Origin: Tetramitus jugosus
Lineage: Eukaryota; Protista; Heterolobosea
Length of the DNA stretch: 64,000 nt
Assembly: GCA_937625935.1 (NCBI GenBank)
Contig: OW569385.1
Span: forward strand, 62,001 to 126,000
Direction of reading: 5' to 3'
The notes below the pieces were generated by a model. That model did no database searches and was not told where the DNA came from. It saw only the letters and a list, made by a program, of their open reading frames with translations. The position numbers and the translations under genes were made by a program. Positions 34,884 through 44,178 of this stretch are shown piece by piece (position 1 is the first letter of the stretch; every line of letters begins with the position of its first letter).

Positions 34884-36893
34884 TTAGACTTGCAGAGATG
34901 AACAGGATTTGCCGTTTTTGGCATTCTTGCCACACACTCCATCGAAAATGGAAACGAACCTCTTGATAATTTCTATTGAATCGTCCAAATCATCGTCGTT
35001 CAAAACGAGTTCAATCAAGTTCATATACTTGTAGATGGCACTTAGTCTTGAGAAGCGATTGGATCGAGCCTCTGAATCCAGAACTTGCTGTGTTTCACTT
35101 CTATTCTGCATTATATTGGAAACGTAAAACCTGCAATTTACCAAGAAGAGTTTCACTTGTTGCTTGTTATCTCTTCCTTCACCAATAAGATAAAATGCCA
35201 ATGTGATTAAAGCGCAGGCCAAATTACCGTCTCTATCCTTGTCGGAGTGATTGAATGGGCATCCAAACATTTGTTGTGTTAATAGTTGTAAGCAATAATT
35301 GTATAGTTGACGAGCAATATCACTGTGTCCCAATCGTTGCAAACAGCACGTTTGTATTGCAAGAAACAATAATGTATTACTCTTTTTTCCTCGATTCTCA
35401 ATCATTTGGTCAACGTGTTGAAACGATGTAAGCTCTGTTGCAACCTCCAAACTCTCACTAGTGCCCATCAATGGGACGCCCATGCAAAACACATTAAAAT
35501 ACGCTTTCATGACACTGTCCATATTGGACCGATTTGTCATCAATTCTGTCAAATTATTAATTCGACGATCGAATGGGAAATAGATTGGAGCAGACAACAT
35601 ATCATCATCCATCAAGATAGCATCTGAATTGAATTCTGGGGAACGTGACGATTTCACTTTTCTATCAGAGTGGTGAGAAGCAAATGATGATATGATCTCA
35701 TCTATCATTCTTTTTTTAACAATTTTACCACTACCACTACTGCTACTACTGTCATTCTTAATCTCATCATCATCATCATTACTTTTGTTATCACTGTTTG
35801 AAACCCTAGTGGAAGCTGATATTGAATCATCACGACCTCTCAACACTAGACAATTATTATCATTCTCATCATTTAAATTCAGATTCATTGGTATCGTCAT
35901 ATGTCCACTTCTATTGTCGTATTGAAATTGTCTGGCAAGTTGCTGATTATGTTGAGTCAATTGATACTGTTCTAATAATTGTTGTTGCATATTTTCAATT
36001 CTTTCAAGAGTAGATGCAATATCCATCAAAGAATTCGTCTTCTTATTTGTTGGCTCCACCAGTACCGATTGTTGTTGTTGCTGCATCGTCATATTGCTTG
36101 ATGCATGTATATCAATTGTCAGAGGTGTATCACCCATAGGAGGAGGAAGAGGTGATAACAAGGGTGACAAGGATGAGGATGAGGCCGAGGATGAATATGG
36201 ATGAAACAACAACAATGGTGATTTAGATTCTTCTGTTGTGAAAGAAGGTTGAGAAATGGATGGTGATAGTGATGATGGTGGATGATGCAGCAAGTCATAA
36301 TCATCAAAATTGACCAATAATGAATCCTGCTGCTGCTGTTGTTGTTGTTGCTGCTGCTCCAACATTAACATTTCACCACCAACAACAATAGACAAATTGT
36401 CGTTCATTTCCGATATGGAATATTGAGGAGAAGCTGGTGGTGAAAGTTCGAGATGAATCAAATCTTGTTCTTGCAGTGGTTGTTGGTTATATTGCGTATT
36501 GTTGGTTGTCAATGTGGTGCTAGGAAGGTAAGGATGATAATGTTGGTGGTGAGTCAAATCATTTTCATCATCATTATCATTCAAGATCTTGAGATCTGCT
36601 GTACCTGTGTTTCTTGCGACTCTGGCGATCGTACGATAGATACACACTTTACCAGTTTTTTCACAGTAGGAACAACCACTGAGAAGTTTATCACATTTTC
36701 GGTGACCTGTTGGGGTGTCAGAGTGAGTGAGAAGAACAGTATATACAACCAATTTTGTTGTGTGAAGTAGAAAATGGACGGACGCGCACGCCCACAAAAA
36801 AAAATAGCACTTACCTCTTTTACAATTCACGCAGGATGTCTTGCTGTATTCGGTTGGAGACTTATCGTTGGTTCTCGATTTCTTCTCTTTCAT
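34884..36893 (-). CDS. Zn(II)2Cys6 (GAL4-type) transcription factor
   Basis: Removing the in-frame intron 36707-36814 gives SCVNCKRGHRKCDKLLSGCSYCEKTGKVCIY. Poly-Q region follows. Confidence 0.88.
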   Translation of the reverse strand: MKEKKSRTNDKSPTEYSKTSCVNCKRGKCYFFLWACASVHFLLHTTKLVVYTVLLTHSDTPTGHRKCDKLLSGCSYCEKTGKVCIYRTIARVARNTGTADLKILNDNDDENDLTHHQHYHPYLPSTTLTTNNTQYNQQPLQEQDLIHLELSPPASPQYSISEMNDNLSIVVGGEMLMLEQQQQQQQQQQDSLLVNFDDYDLLHHPPSSLSPSISQPSFTTEESKSPLLLFHPYSSSASSSSLSPLLSPLPPPMGDTPLTIDIHASSNMTMQQQQQSVLVEPTNKKTNSLMDIASTLERIENMQQQLLEQYQLTQHNQQLARQFQYDNRSGHMTIPMNLNLNDENDNNCLVLRGRDDSISASTRVSNSDNKSNDDDDEIKNDSSSSSGSGKIVKKRMIDEIISSFASHHSDRKVKSSRSPEFNSDAILMDDDMLSAPIYFPFDRRINNLTELMTNRSNMDSVMKAYFNVFCMGVPLMGTSESLEVATELTSFQHVDQMIENRGKKSNTLLFLAIQTCCLQRLGHSDIARQLYNYCLQLLTQQMFGCPFNHSDKDRDGNLACALITLAFYLIGEGRDNKQQVKLFLVNCRFYVSNIMQNRSETQQVLDSEARSNRFSRLSAIYKYMNLIELVLNDDDLDDSIEIIKRFVSIFDGVCGKNAKNGKSCSSLQV

Positions 36894-37495
36894 TTGGAGT
36901 TTTTCTGCTTGCTGGCGGAATAAAACGTCTGCTCATGTGGACATTTTTTTGAACTGGAGCTAAATTGAGATTTAACAACATAATGGGCACAGAAACAAAC
37001 GTGCCATCGAAGATGTCACCAATGAACTGGTAGCGAAAGGGGTCAAAGGATCAGTGGCCGATAAGAAAGCAAGAACTATGGATTGGGTTTGTAACGGATG
37101 CCTCATGACTCTCCTTCACCTCTTCACCTAGTTTGGAGGACAGAAGTCACTGACATTTCGGGCCAATCGTTTCATTGCTTGATCTTTTCGGAGTTATTCA
37201 GTTCCTTTTCCTTTTTATCTTTGGGTCAAGAATCTCCTAAAGTTGTTTCGCAAATTGATTGATCAACAACCAGGTGTAGATTGCCAGATTCCAAAACAAA
37301 AATTCGAATGGGCAGTAGAAGAAGGAATTTTGAAAACGAATGGAAGAGCCAACACACTTCAATCTTGTTTTTCACAGACCTGCTACAACATCTTTTGTTT
37401 GATCCTCCTCAACAACAATAAAACTTGACAACCAACACAACAACCGAACAATTAGTCAATCAACAACAGAACAACAGGTTCATCTGGATATAGTT

Positions 37496-38293
37496 ATGGG
37501 AACACTTCGCGTCAAACTCATTTGTGGAACACATCTCGTCGCAAAAGACATGATCGGAACCAGTGATCCATTCTGTGAACTTCGTGTCGGTGGTCAACTT
37601 GCCCGCTCCCGCAAAATTTACAAATCAAAGAATCCGCAATGGAACGAAACATTTACATTCCATATCCAAGGTAATCCCATGACCGAATCACTTCTCATCT
37701 CCGTGTTTGACTACGATATTTTTACGCGACCTGAACCAATGGGCTATTGCCTCATTCCACTCAATTGCCTCGTGCGTGGTCAACCCAACTTTTCTGTTCA
37801 AAATCTATTGAACGTGTCACACGGCACGATATCGATCGAATTGACAGCATTGGATTTTGGTATTGAACCACCTTCTCATTACTACTATGGATACAATGCA
37901 CCCTGCGCCGGTCAACCAACCACAGCACCTGCACCACTGTCATCCTATCCCACAAAAATTACACCTTACCACGAACGATCCTCGCACTATCATCCATGTT
38001 TGTTGCCAGACATGGGTATGGCGTATCAAGCGTACCCTGGAACACCATCGTCCTGCTATTCGACCTCCAGGCGGTCCAACTATTTTCAACAACAGGACCA
38101 ACACCAACAACCACAATACTCGGCTTCTACACCATACCCTACTTCAACAACAACGGGTATGGGAGGTGTTGGTGGTGGTGGATACGACACCCCTTCTACT
38201 CTCTCTCCTTCCTCTCCCTATGGCTCAACAAATTCCAGGAACCCACCTTACCCAATTGACCTCAATCCTGGCATGTACCCGCCACTGAAATAA
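37496..38293 (+). CDS. C2-domain protein with Pro/Tyr-rich tail
   Basis: GTLRV...L.AKD..GTSDPF...NPQWNETF...VFDYD motif. Confidence 0.88.
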   Translation: MGTLRVKLICGTHLVAKDMIGTSDPFCELRVGGQLARSRKIYKSKNPQWNETFTFHIQGNPMTESLLISVFDYDIFTRPEPMGYCLIPLNCLVRGQPNFSVQNLLNVSHGTISIELTALDFGIEPPSHYYYGYNAPCAGQPTTAPAPLSSYPTKITPYHERSSHYHPCLLPDMGMAYQAYPGTPSSCYSTSRRSNYFQQQDQHQQPQYSASTPYPTSTTTGMGGVGGGGYDTPSTLSPSSPYGSTNSRNPPYPIDLNPGMYPPLK

Positions 38294-38446
38294 CAATACA
38301 AGATACCCCTAGAGCCAACACAACAACAACAAAAAAAAATGGCCAGAATACCATTTTAACAGGGTGATGCTCTCACTTAGCGTTCATCACTCTTCGTCGT
38401 CAACAATTTTCACACGAAAATCCTCAAAAATAAAAACAAACAAACA

Positions 38447-40032
38447 TTGCATGAAATGGTGTCAAAAACAACAAAAGCAACAACAAAAACAACTAACCAC
38501 AAAGAAAGAAAAACCGTCGCCAAATCGTCAAAAAGTCAATCCTCTCGACGAAAACAACCCCGAACGATCGAAGCAAAACTAAGGTGTCACTACCTGGGAA
38601 ACCACAATTATGTTCACAATGTCAAATACGGTTGGTCACACATGAGAGAAGCATACCTTCCATTGCGCAAGTTTCTCCATGGCGGAATTATTCACATGGC
38701 ACCGAAAGATTATTGGGTGTTGAAAATGCGCGCGCAAAAATTAATTTACAGCTCTCATCGAAAAGATTGGTGGGATCGCGTGCGCAGATCTTTGCAGCCA
38801 GGAATCAACATTTGCTCAAAATGTTATCAAGGGTTGATACAAGAGCTATCTGAGAGCTCTCAACCAGAACAAGAACAACAAGAATCAACAGAGCACGTGG
38901 CTGTTGAAAATCAAAGCTCTTGTTCGTCGAAAACAACAGAAGCCAAAGAAAACAAAGAAAATACAACAACAAACAATAACAATGACCATACGATAAGTAA
39001 TCAGCAACAACAGGAACATCCTAATAGCAAAGCTAAAGATGCAGTGGTTGTTCAAGGATTAGATGTTGTTGCTCATGTTGAATCTGCCAAATTGGACATT
39101 ACAATCAATGATCTCCAGAGAACGAAACAAGGTGAAATGTTGAATGATAATTTGGTTGATCTAGGAATCACGTATGTCATCTTTTTGTATGATTGTGTTT
39201 TTTGTAATTTTTTGTAATTTGTTTTTTGTCATCCATCGTTGTATCAAAAGCTAACGCGATTTTTTTCTCATATGCGCTGCACAGAATGATCAACGACAAG
39301 TTCTCAGAGCAAAAATCAAAGTTTTTCATCTTCAATTCCCAATTCTTCCCCATATTAAACAAGGACTTTGATCGATGTGTGAAACGTGTCAACAAGACTG
39401 TTCAAGTGATGAGTCACGAGATGGTGTGCATACCTATTTGCATCGATTATCACTGGGTGGTCATCATGATCCAAAACATGAATCATCTCATGTCAACCGA
39501 AATTCCGACTCGTATGTTGTATTGTAATTCATTCACTTTTTCGCTTCGTCAGAATCCACTCATGGGAGAGAATGAGAGTGGAGAGGACGATAATGAAGGG
39601 ATCGATTTGATGTTGTTAGTTCTAAATTATATCGTTGAGCGGTACAATTTTGAGAAGGGCACTAGTGTGACGGTGGATGGTCTCAATGAAGACATGCTTC
39701 ACATTCACTCTATGCAGTTGCCTCAACAAACCAATGAGTTTGACTGTGGTCTCTACTGTCTTCAGAATATTGAAGAGCTGTTAAGTCAGCACTTTACAAA
39801 CAAGGAACAGATGATCCAGTTGGATCAACAAGGACTGTACAATCGAAAAGCGATTGAAGCAAGGAGAGTTGAGATAAGAAACCACATTCTTCACCTCTGT
39901 CAACAGCAGAATCGAATGAGTCAAGAGCTCATCCAACATTTTACACTTGCTCTTCAAACTCCGAGATCAAACACCAATGTGGCTCAATCAACCGATGGTC
40001 GTAGTCAACAACAACCATTCCAAAAAGAATAG
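38447..40032 (+). CDS. Ulp1/SENP-family (C48) protease, 2 exons
   Basis: LNDNLVD, FNSQFF, IPI...HW and QQTNEFDCG. Intron 39172-39284 with GCTAAC branch point. Confidence 0.82.
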
Positions 40033-40292
40033 ACGAAAGAAAAAGAAGGCTCCCTCCTCAGAAAAAAGGAAGTCATCCAAGAGATGAGAAAGCGCGGAAT
40101 GATTACAATAAAAATTTTTGGTTTTCTGCAGCAGAATCTGTTCCTTGACACTCATACCCCGGTAGGTTCGAACATTGTCAAACTAGATTCAACCCCCAGA
40201 TTCGAAGGACACCAAAACCATCAAAAAACACAACACACTCAACCATCAACAAACAAACATCACTACCCTGATAAAAACTTTCAACCTGCAAC

Positions 40293-41894
40293 ATGAATCA
40301 ACAACAACTCCAAAACGATATCATCAGACAAGTCCATCCTTTTGTACATCTGGACCTGCCTCAAGTCATCGCCAAGTTCCCTCACATTGACCAACGCCTC
40401 ATTACCACTGCTTACAACCAAGCTCGTTCCATGCCACCTCCACACCAACAACAACAACAACAACAACAGTTGTTGAATCAACCAAAACCCCAATTGTACC
40501 ATCATCACCAACAACAACAACAACTACTTCAACAACAACAACCTCACCCACACCATCAACAACATCAACAACATCAACAACCACAACAGCTTCAACAACA
40601 AGCTTATCCACCACATTTCATGACAAACTCATTCAACCAAACCACTCAACAGCCACAACAACATGCATTCTACGGTCAACAACCACAACAAATGCAACAG
40701 CAACAGCAACCACAACAACAACAACAATTCCCGCCACAACAATTGAGTCAGTCGGGATATTTCATGGGAAATTACAGCGGAGGAGTTTTGAACAACAATA
40801 GAAGTTCAACCCCTGCTTCCAACAATCCGTCACCATCACCTGCTTTTGGTGTAGCTTCCATTAGCAACAACAACAACAACAACATTGCTCCTGTGAACCA
40901 TGTTCCTTCTACACCACCACTATCAACAACAACAAGTGTTGGACATGTAGCTCCTCAGTTGCCAATGGGTAGTTTCAATTCCAACAACAACACCACCAAC
41001 ATTCAAGGTCCATCTTACTTGATGAATAGCTCTAGCTCACCTTCGATTAGCAATGGCTATGATCTTCTACCAAAGTCACTACAACCACCCACCCCAGTTG
41101 ATACCATCAACAAGAATGGTGTCGCTCAACTACGTAGTGCAAGTGACGATGACAGCAGCAGTGATGAAGAAGAGAATCACAAGGGCAACAAGAATAACGG
41201 AAGAAGATATCAGAAGAGTTCTGCTCCGGGCAAAGTGAATCTCAAGGTATTCCTTCCACATGAGGAAATTAGAAGATTGAGAGTTGATGAAGCTCAATTG
41301 AATGACTTTAACCAGTTCTTGAGCACATGTTGTTCATTTGACAAGAATTTGAACGAAATTGTCAAGAGTGAAGCTCAGAATGCCATCAACAAGCTAAAGC
41401 TTTTCTATAGAGATGAAGAATCTGACTGGGTTCGTGTCACCAGCGCACAAGAATGGTCAGAAGCTTTACAATTCCATTTGGAATCTGTCTTGCGTCCAAG
41501 ACGCCGCCGTTTCTCTACGGTGAGTGTTCTCGCTGTCAGAGTAGTTTCTCCGGCTGTAGTTGCCGCTGCGACAACCCCCACTCCTGAAGTGCTTGCTCCG
41601 GCAGAAAAATTTTCCCAATATGATCAGCATCAGTCATCAGCAGCGACTGCTTCCAACGATATTGCCAGTAGCTTTGGTTCATTGGCAAAGAACGAATTCA
41701 CTCCAATAGGTGAGTTTGAGCAATCTCATCCTTATGGATCTTTTGCAAACAGCCCATCATATGACGACGTCAAATTTGACGATGCTATGAGACGTCTGAG
41801 TGTAATGGGATTTAAACCTGAATTAACTCTGCCTCTCTTGAGAAAGCATGGAGGAGAAATTGAACCAGTCGTTCAGGAACTGTGCAACCAATAA
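40293..41894 (+). CDS. Q-rich protein with PB1 and C-terminal UBA-like domains
   Basis: LKVF...EIRR...YRDEESDWV.V....EW (PB1); L..MGF...LL....G.IE.VV..L (UBA). Confidence 0.8.
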   Translation: MNQQQLQNDIIRQVHPFVHLDLPQVIAKFPHIDQRLITTAYNQARSMPPPHQQQQQQQQLLNQPKPQLYHHHQQQQQLLQQQQPHPHHQQHQQHQQPQQLQQQAYPPHFMTNSFNQTTQQPQQHAFYGQQPQQMQQQQQPQQQQQFPPQQLSQSGYFMGNYSGGVLNNNRSSTPASNNPSPSPAFGVASISNNNNNNIAPVNHVPSTPPLSTTTSVGHVAPQLPMGSFNSNNNTTNIQGPSYLMNSSSSPSISNGYDLLPKSLQPPTPVDTINKNGVAQLRSASDDDSSSDEEENHKGNKNNGRRYQKSSAPGKVNLKVFLPHEEIRRLRVDEAQLNDFNQFLSTCCSFDKNLNEIVKSEAQNAINKLKLFYRDEESDWVRVTSAQEWSEALQFHLESVLRPRRRRFSTVSVLAVRVVSPAVVAAATTPTPEVLAPAEKFSQYDQHQSSAATASNDIASSFGSLAKNEFTPIGEFEQSHPYGSFANSPSYDDVKFDDAMRRLSVMGFKPELTLPLLRKHGGEIEPVVQELCNQ

Positions 41895-41996
41895 TAACAT
41901 AAATATCATTCACTTCTATCAGAGGACATCAACTTTTATTTACAGTGCGTTTTACAAGCTTTATGGTTGATTGTTGTATGTGGTGGTGAAAGATTT

Positions 41997-42569
41997 CTAT
42001 TTTCGCTTCCATTGAATGTCCATCTCACAGCCAGACTCTTTGAACATGGCGTGCAGTGGTGATTGGGACTCAACTCTCTTCTGTAGTTTCTCCAGTTGAT
42101 CCTGTGAAACTTCACCTTCCACTTCACACACGGCTTCCACTCTTTGAAACGGTAGTTTTCCAGTGCCATTCTTGTATCCTCTTTCGTCAATGAAACCTGT
42201 GGCATTCTTGAATCTCATTGCCCCAATCTTCATTCCTCTCAGTTCTGGATCCTCTTTCAAGAGCAATCGAGTCTCAGCAATCTCACACGCAAACAGAGCT
42301 CCAAGTGAAGCTTGAAGTGGAGTCAATCCTGCGTCAGAACCACCCACTTGCTTCGGTTCATCAAAAACAATCTTGTGCGATTCAGATGGATTGGAAACCA
42401 CACATTTTGCTGTTCCTTCACTTTCTACATTGACCATAAAAGGCATCATGTGTCTGTGTCCTTTGTGAGGAGCTAGATTGACAGAAAAAGCTCCTTGATG
42501 GAAGTAGCTAGCTTTCTGATCAAACAACCCAACCTTGTTGTATTTACTTACTATTCTTCTGAAAATCAT
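41997..42569 (-). CDS. OsmC/Ohr-family protein with probable mitochondrial presequence
   Basis: DEP..VGGSDAG.TP....LGAL.AC motif; the second Cys position reads ESQSPL. Confidence 0.8.
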   Translation of the reverse strand: MIFRRIVSKYNKVGLFDQKASYFHQGAFSVNLAPHKGHRHMMPFMVNVESEGTAKCVVSNPSESHKIVFDEPKQVGGSDAGLTPLQASLGALFACEIAETRLLLKEDPELRGMKIGAMRFKNATGFIDERGYKNGTGKLPFQRVEAVCEVEGEVSQDQLEKLQKRVESQSPLHAMFKESGCEMDIQWKRK

Positions 42570-42967
42570 GTCTGTGTTTCGTCGTTTCTCTGGTTGAGCG
42601 AACTTTTGTTGTTTCGTGATCTACTCCTTCATTTCGGATCATCCTCGATCCAAAAAAAAGTCATCTTGGGTCATTTTGGATAAACGGGTAATAAGAGGTA
42701 CGAAGGACCATTATCAGCCGTTGCTTCTACACAAGAATAAAACAATTTCAATGATAAGTTTCGTTTATTAGGAGGGTTCTCTAGTTGGATAGTAGTAGGA
42801 TATAGGAAGCGATAAATTAGCTGTACAGGAATTGTGGTTGGCCGCTCGTTTACAATCACCGCTTGGGGAAAACAGCCACCAAATATTGGCGCCAAAATTG
42901 TTTCATGGAAGGGTGCGTGCAAGAAAAATTGTGTCGCCATTGAACAAGTTCAGGGTAGGACACCAGA

Positions 42968-42992
42968 AAGCTTTTTTGAGTCAAAAAAGCTT
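42968..42992 (-). other. Perfect inverted repeat (12-bp arms) immediately after the H2B stop codon
   Basis: AAGCTTTTTTGA-G-TCAAAAAAGCTT. Confidence 0.8.
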
Positions 42993-42993
42993 C

Positions 42994-43449
42994 TTACTTC
43001 TTCTCTGGCTTTCCAGCAGATTGGTTGTACTTGGTCACAGCCTTTGTTCCTTCAGAAACAGCGTGCTTTGCCAATTCACCAGGCAAGATCAATCTGACAG
43101 CAGTTTGGATCTCTCGGGAGGTCAAAGTCTTGACATTGTTGACTCTGCACAAGTTGGCTGCTTCAGCTGCAATTCTCTCAAAGATATCATTGATGAAAGA
43201 GTTCATAATGGCCATAGCCTTGTTGGAGATACCGATATCTTGGTGAACTTGTCTCAAGACCTTGTAGATGTAAGTAGAGTAGGATTCATGTCTCTTCTTT
43301 TTCTTGCTCTTCTTCTCACCCTCACCTTCTTCACCTTCACCAGCGTCCTTCTTGGTTGCTCTCTTTGCAGTCTTCTTCTCACCTGCTTCCTTGGATTTGG
43401 TCTCAGCTGCCTTGCTCTTCTTTTCAGTAGTCTTCTTGTCGGTGGCCAT
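42994..43449 (-). CDS. H2B: Histone H2B
   Basis: [22 protein letters not shown]...[30 protein letters not shown]. Confidence 0.97.
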   Translation of the reverse strand: MATDKKTTEKKSKAAETKSKEAGEKKTAKRATKKDAGEGEEGEGEKKSKKKKRHESYSTYIYKVLRQVHQDIGISNKAMAIMNSFINDIFERIAAEAANLCRVNNVKTLTSREIQTAVRLILPGELAKHAVSEGTKAVTKYNQSAGKPEKK

Positions 43450-43676
43450 TGTAGTGGTTGGTTGTTTGTTGTTAGCTGTAAGGTGGTATTTGCTTTTTGC
43501 TTTGTTGTTTTGTTGTCATTGTCGGCTCCGGTTCCAACAAAGATTTTAAAGGAGGAACAGGACATGGACGCCCAGATTTTGGTGGTTGCATTTTCAAACC
43601 GTAACGGCAAAAAGTTTTCGGCAAACGACGGATTTTGTTTCGTGGCGGGAAGCGACGGAAGGATGGACAAAACTTT

Positions 43677-43759
43677 CGCATCGAACAGGATTCGAACCTG
43701 CGCACCGTTTCCGGTATTGGATTTCAAGTCCAACCTCTTGACCGCTCGAGCATCAATGC
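43677..43759 (-). tRNA. tRNA-Ser(TGA)
   Basis: TTGGA-CT-TGA-AA-TCCAA anticodon arm, long variable arm TACCG-GAAA-CGGTG, G73, 83 nt. Confidence 0.94.
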
Positions 43760-44178
43760 TAATTGATTATCAATTCTTACAGAATTCGGGCAATTTATGA
43801 AAGATGAAAAAAAATGGATAACCAACAAAGAACCCGGAAGTGTGCTGCATTGCCTCATTCGAATGCTCAAGAGCTGTGTATACCAGGAGATGTCTAGTTT
43901 TTACAGTCGACATATGGTTCGATAATGTGAGACTGAGGGAAGGCAAGCTGGAAAAGCGTCCTTTGCGAGTGACGAGCAGAGAATTCTTAAGGGAATGATG
44001 GGCATAGAAACAAATGCGAGTGATGGCCTTGATGAAAATGTATTGACAATAAAGTGAGTAATCGCAGTGGTTGTATAAAAAAATGAAAAAAGTTTGTGGA
44101 CGGACACTGCTTCCCTTTTCCAACTGAAAACAAAGGGAACTTGTGAACCGAACTTTGAAAGCAGGAAAACCGAACCGA

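Noticed and set aside
40440-40740. CAA-rich repeats as a CRISPR-like or satellite array
   Set aside because: Poly-Q coding sequence with no repeat-spacer structure.
42832-43800. 322-aa plus-strand ORF
   Set aside because: Antisense to H2B and tRNA-Ser; shadow frame.
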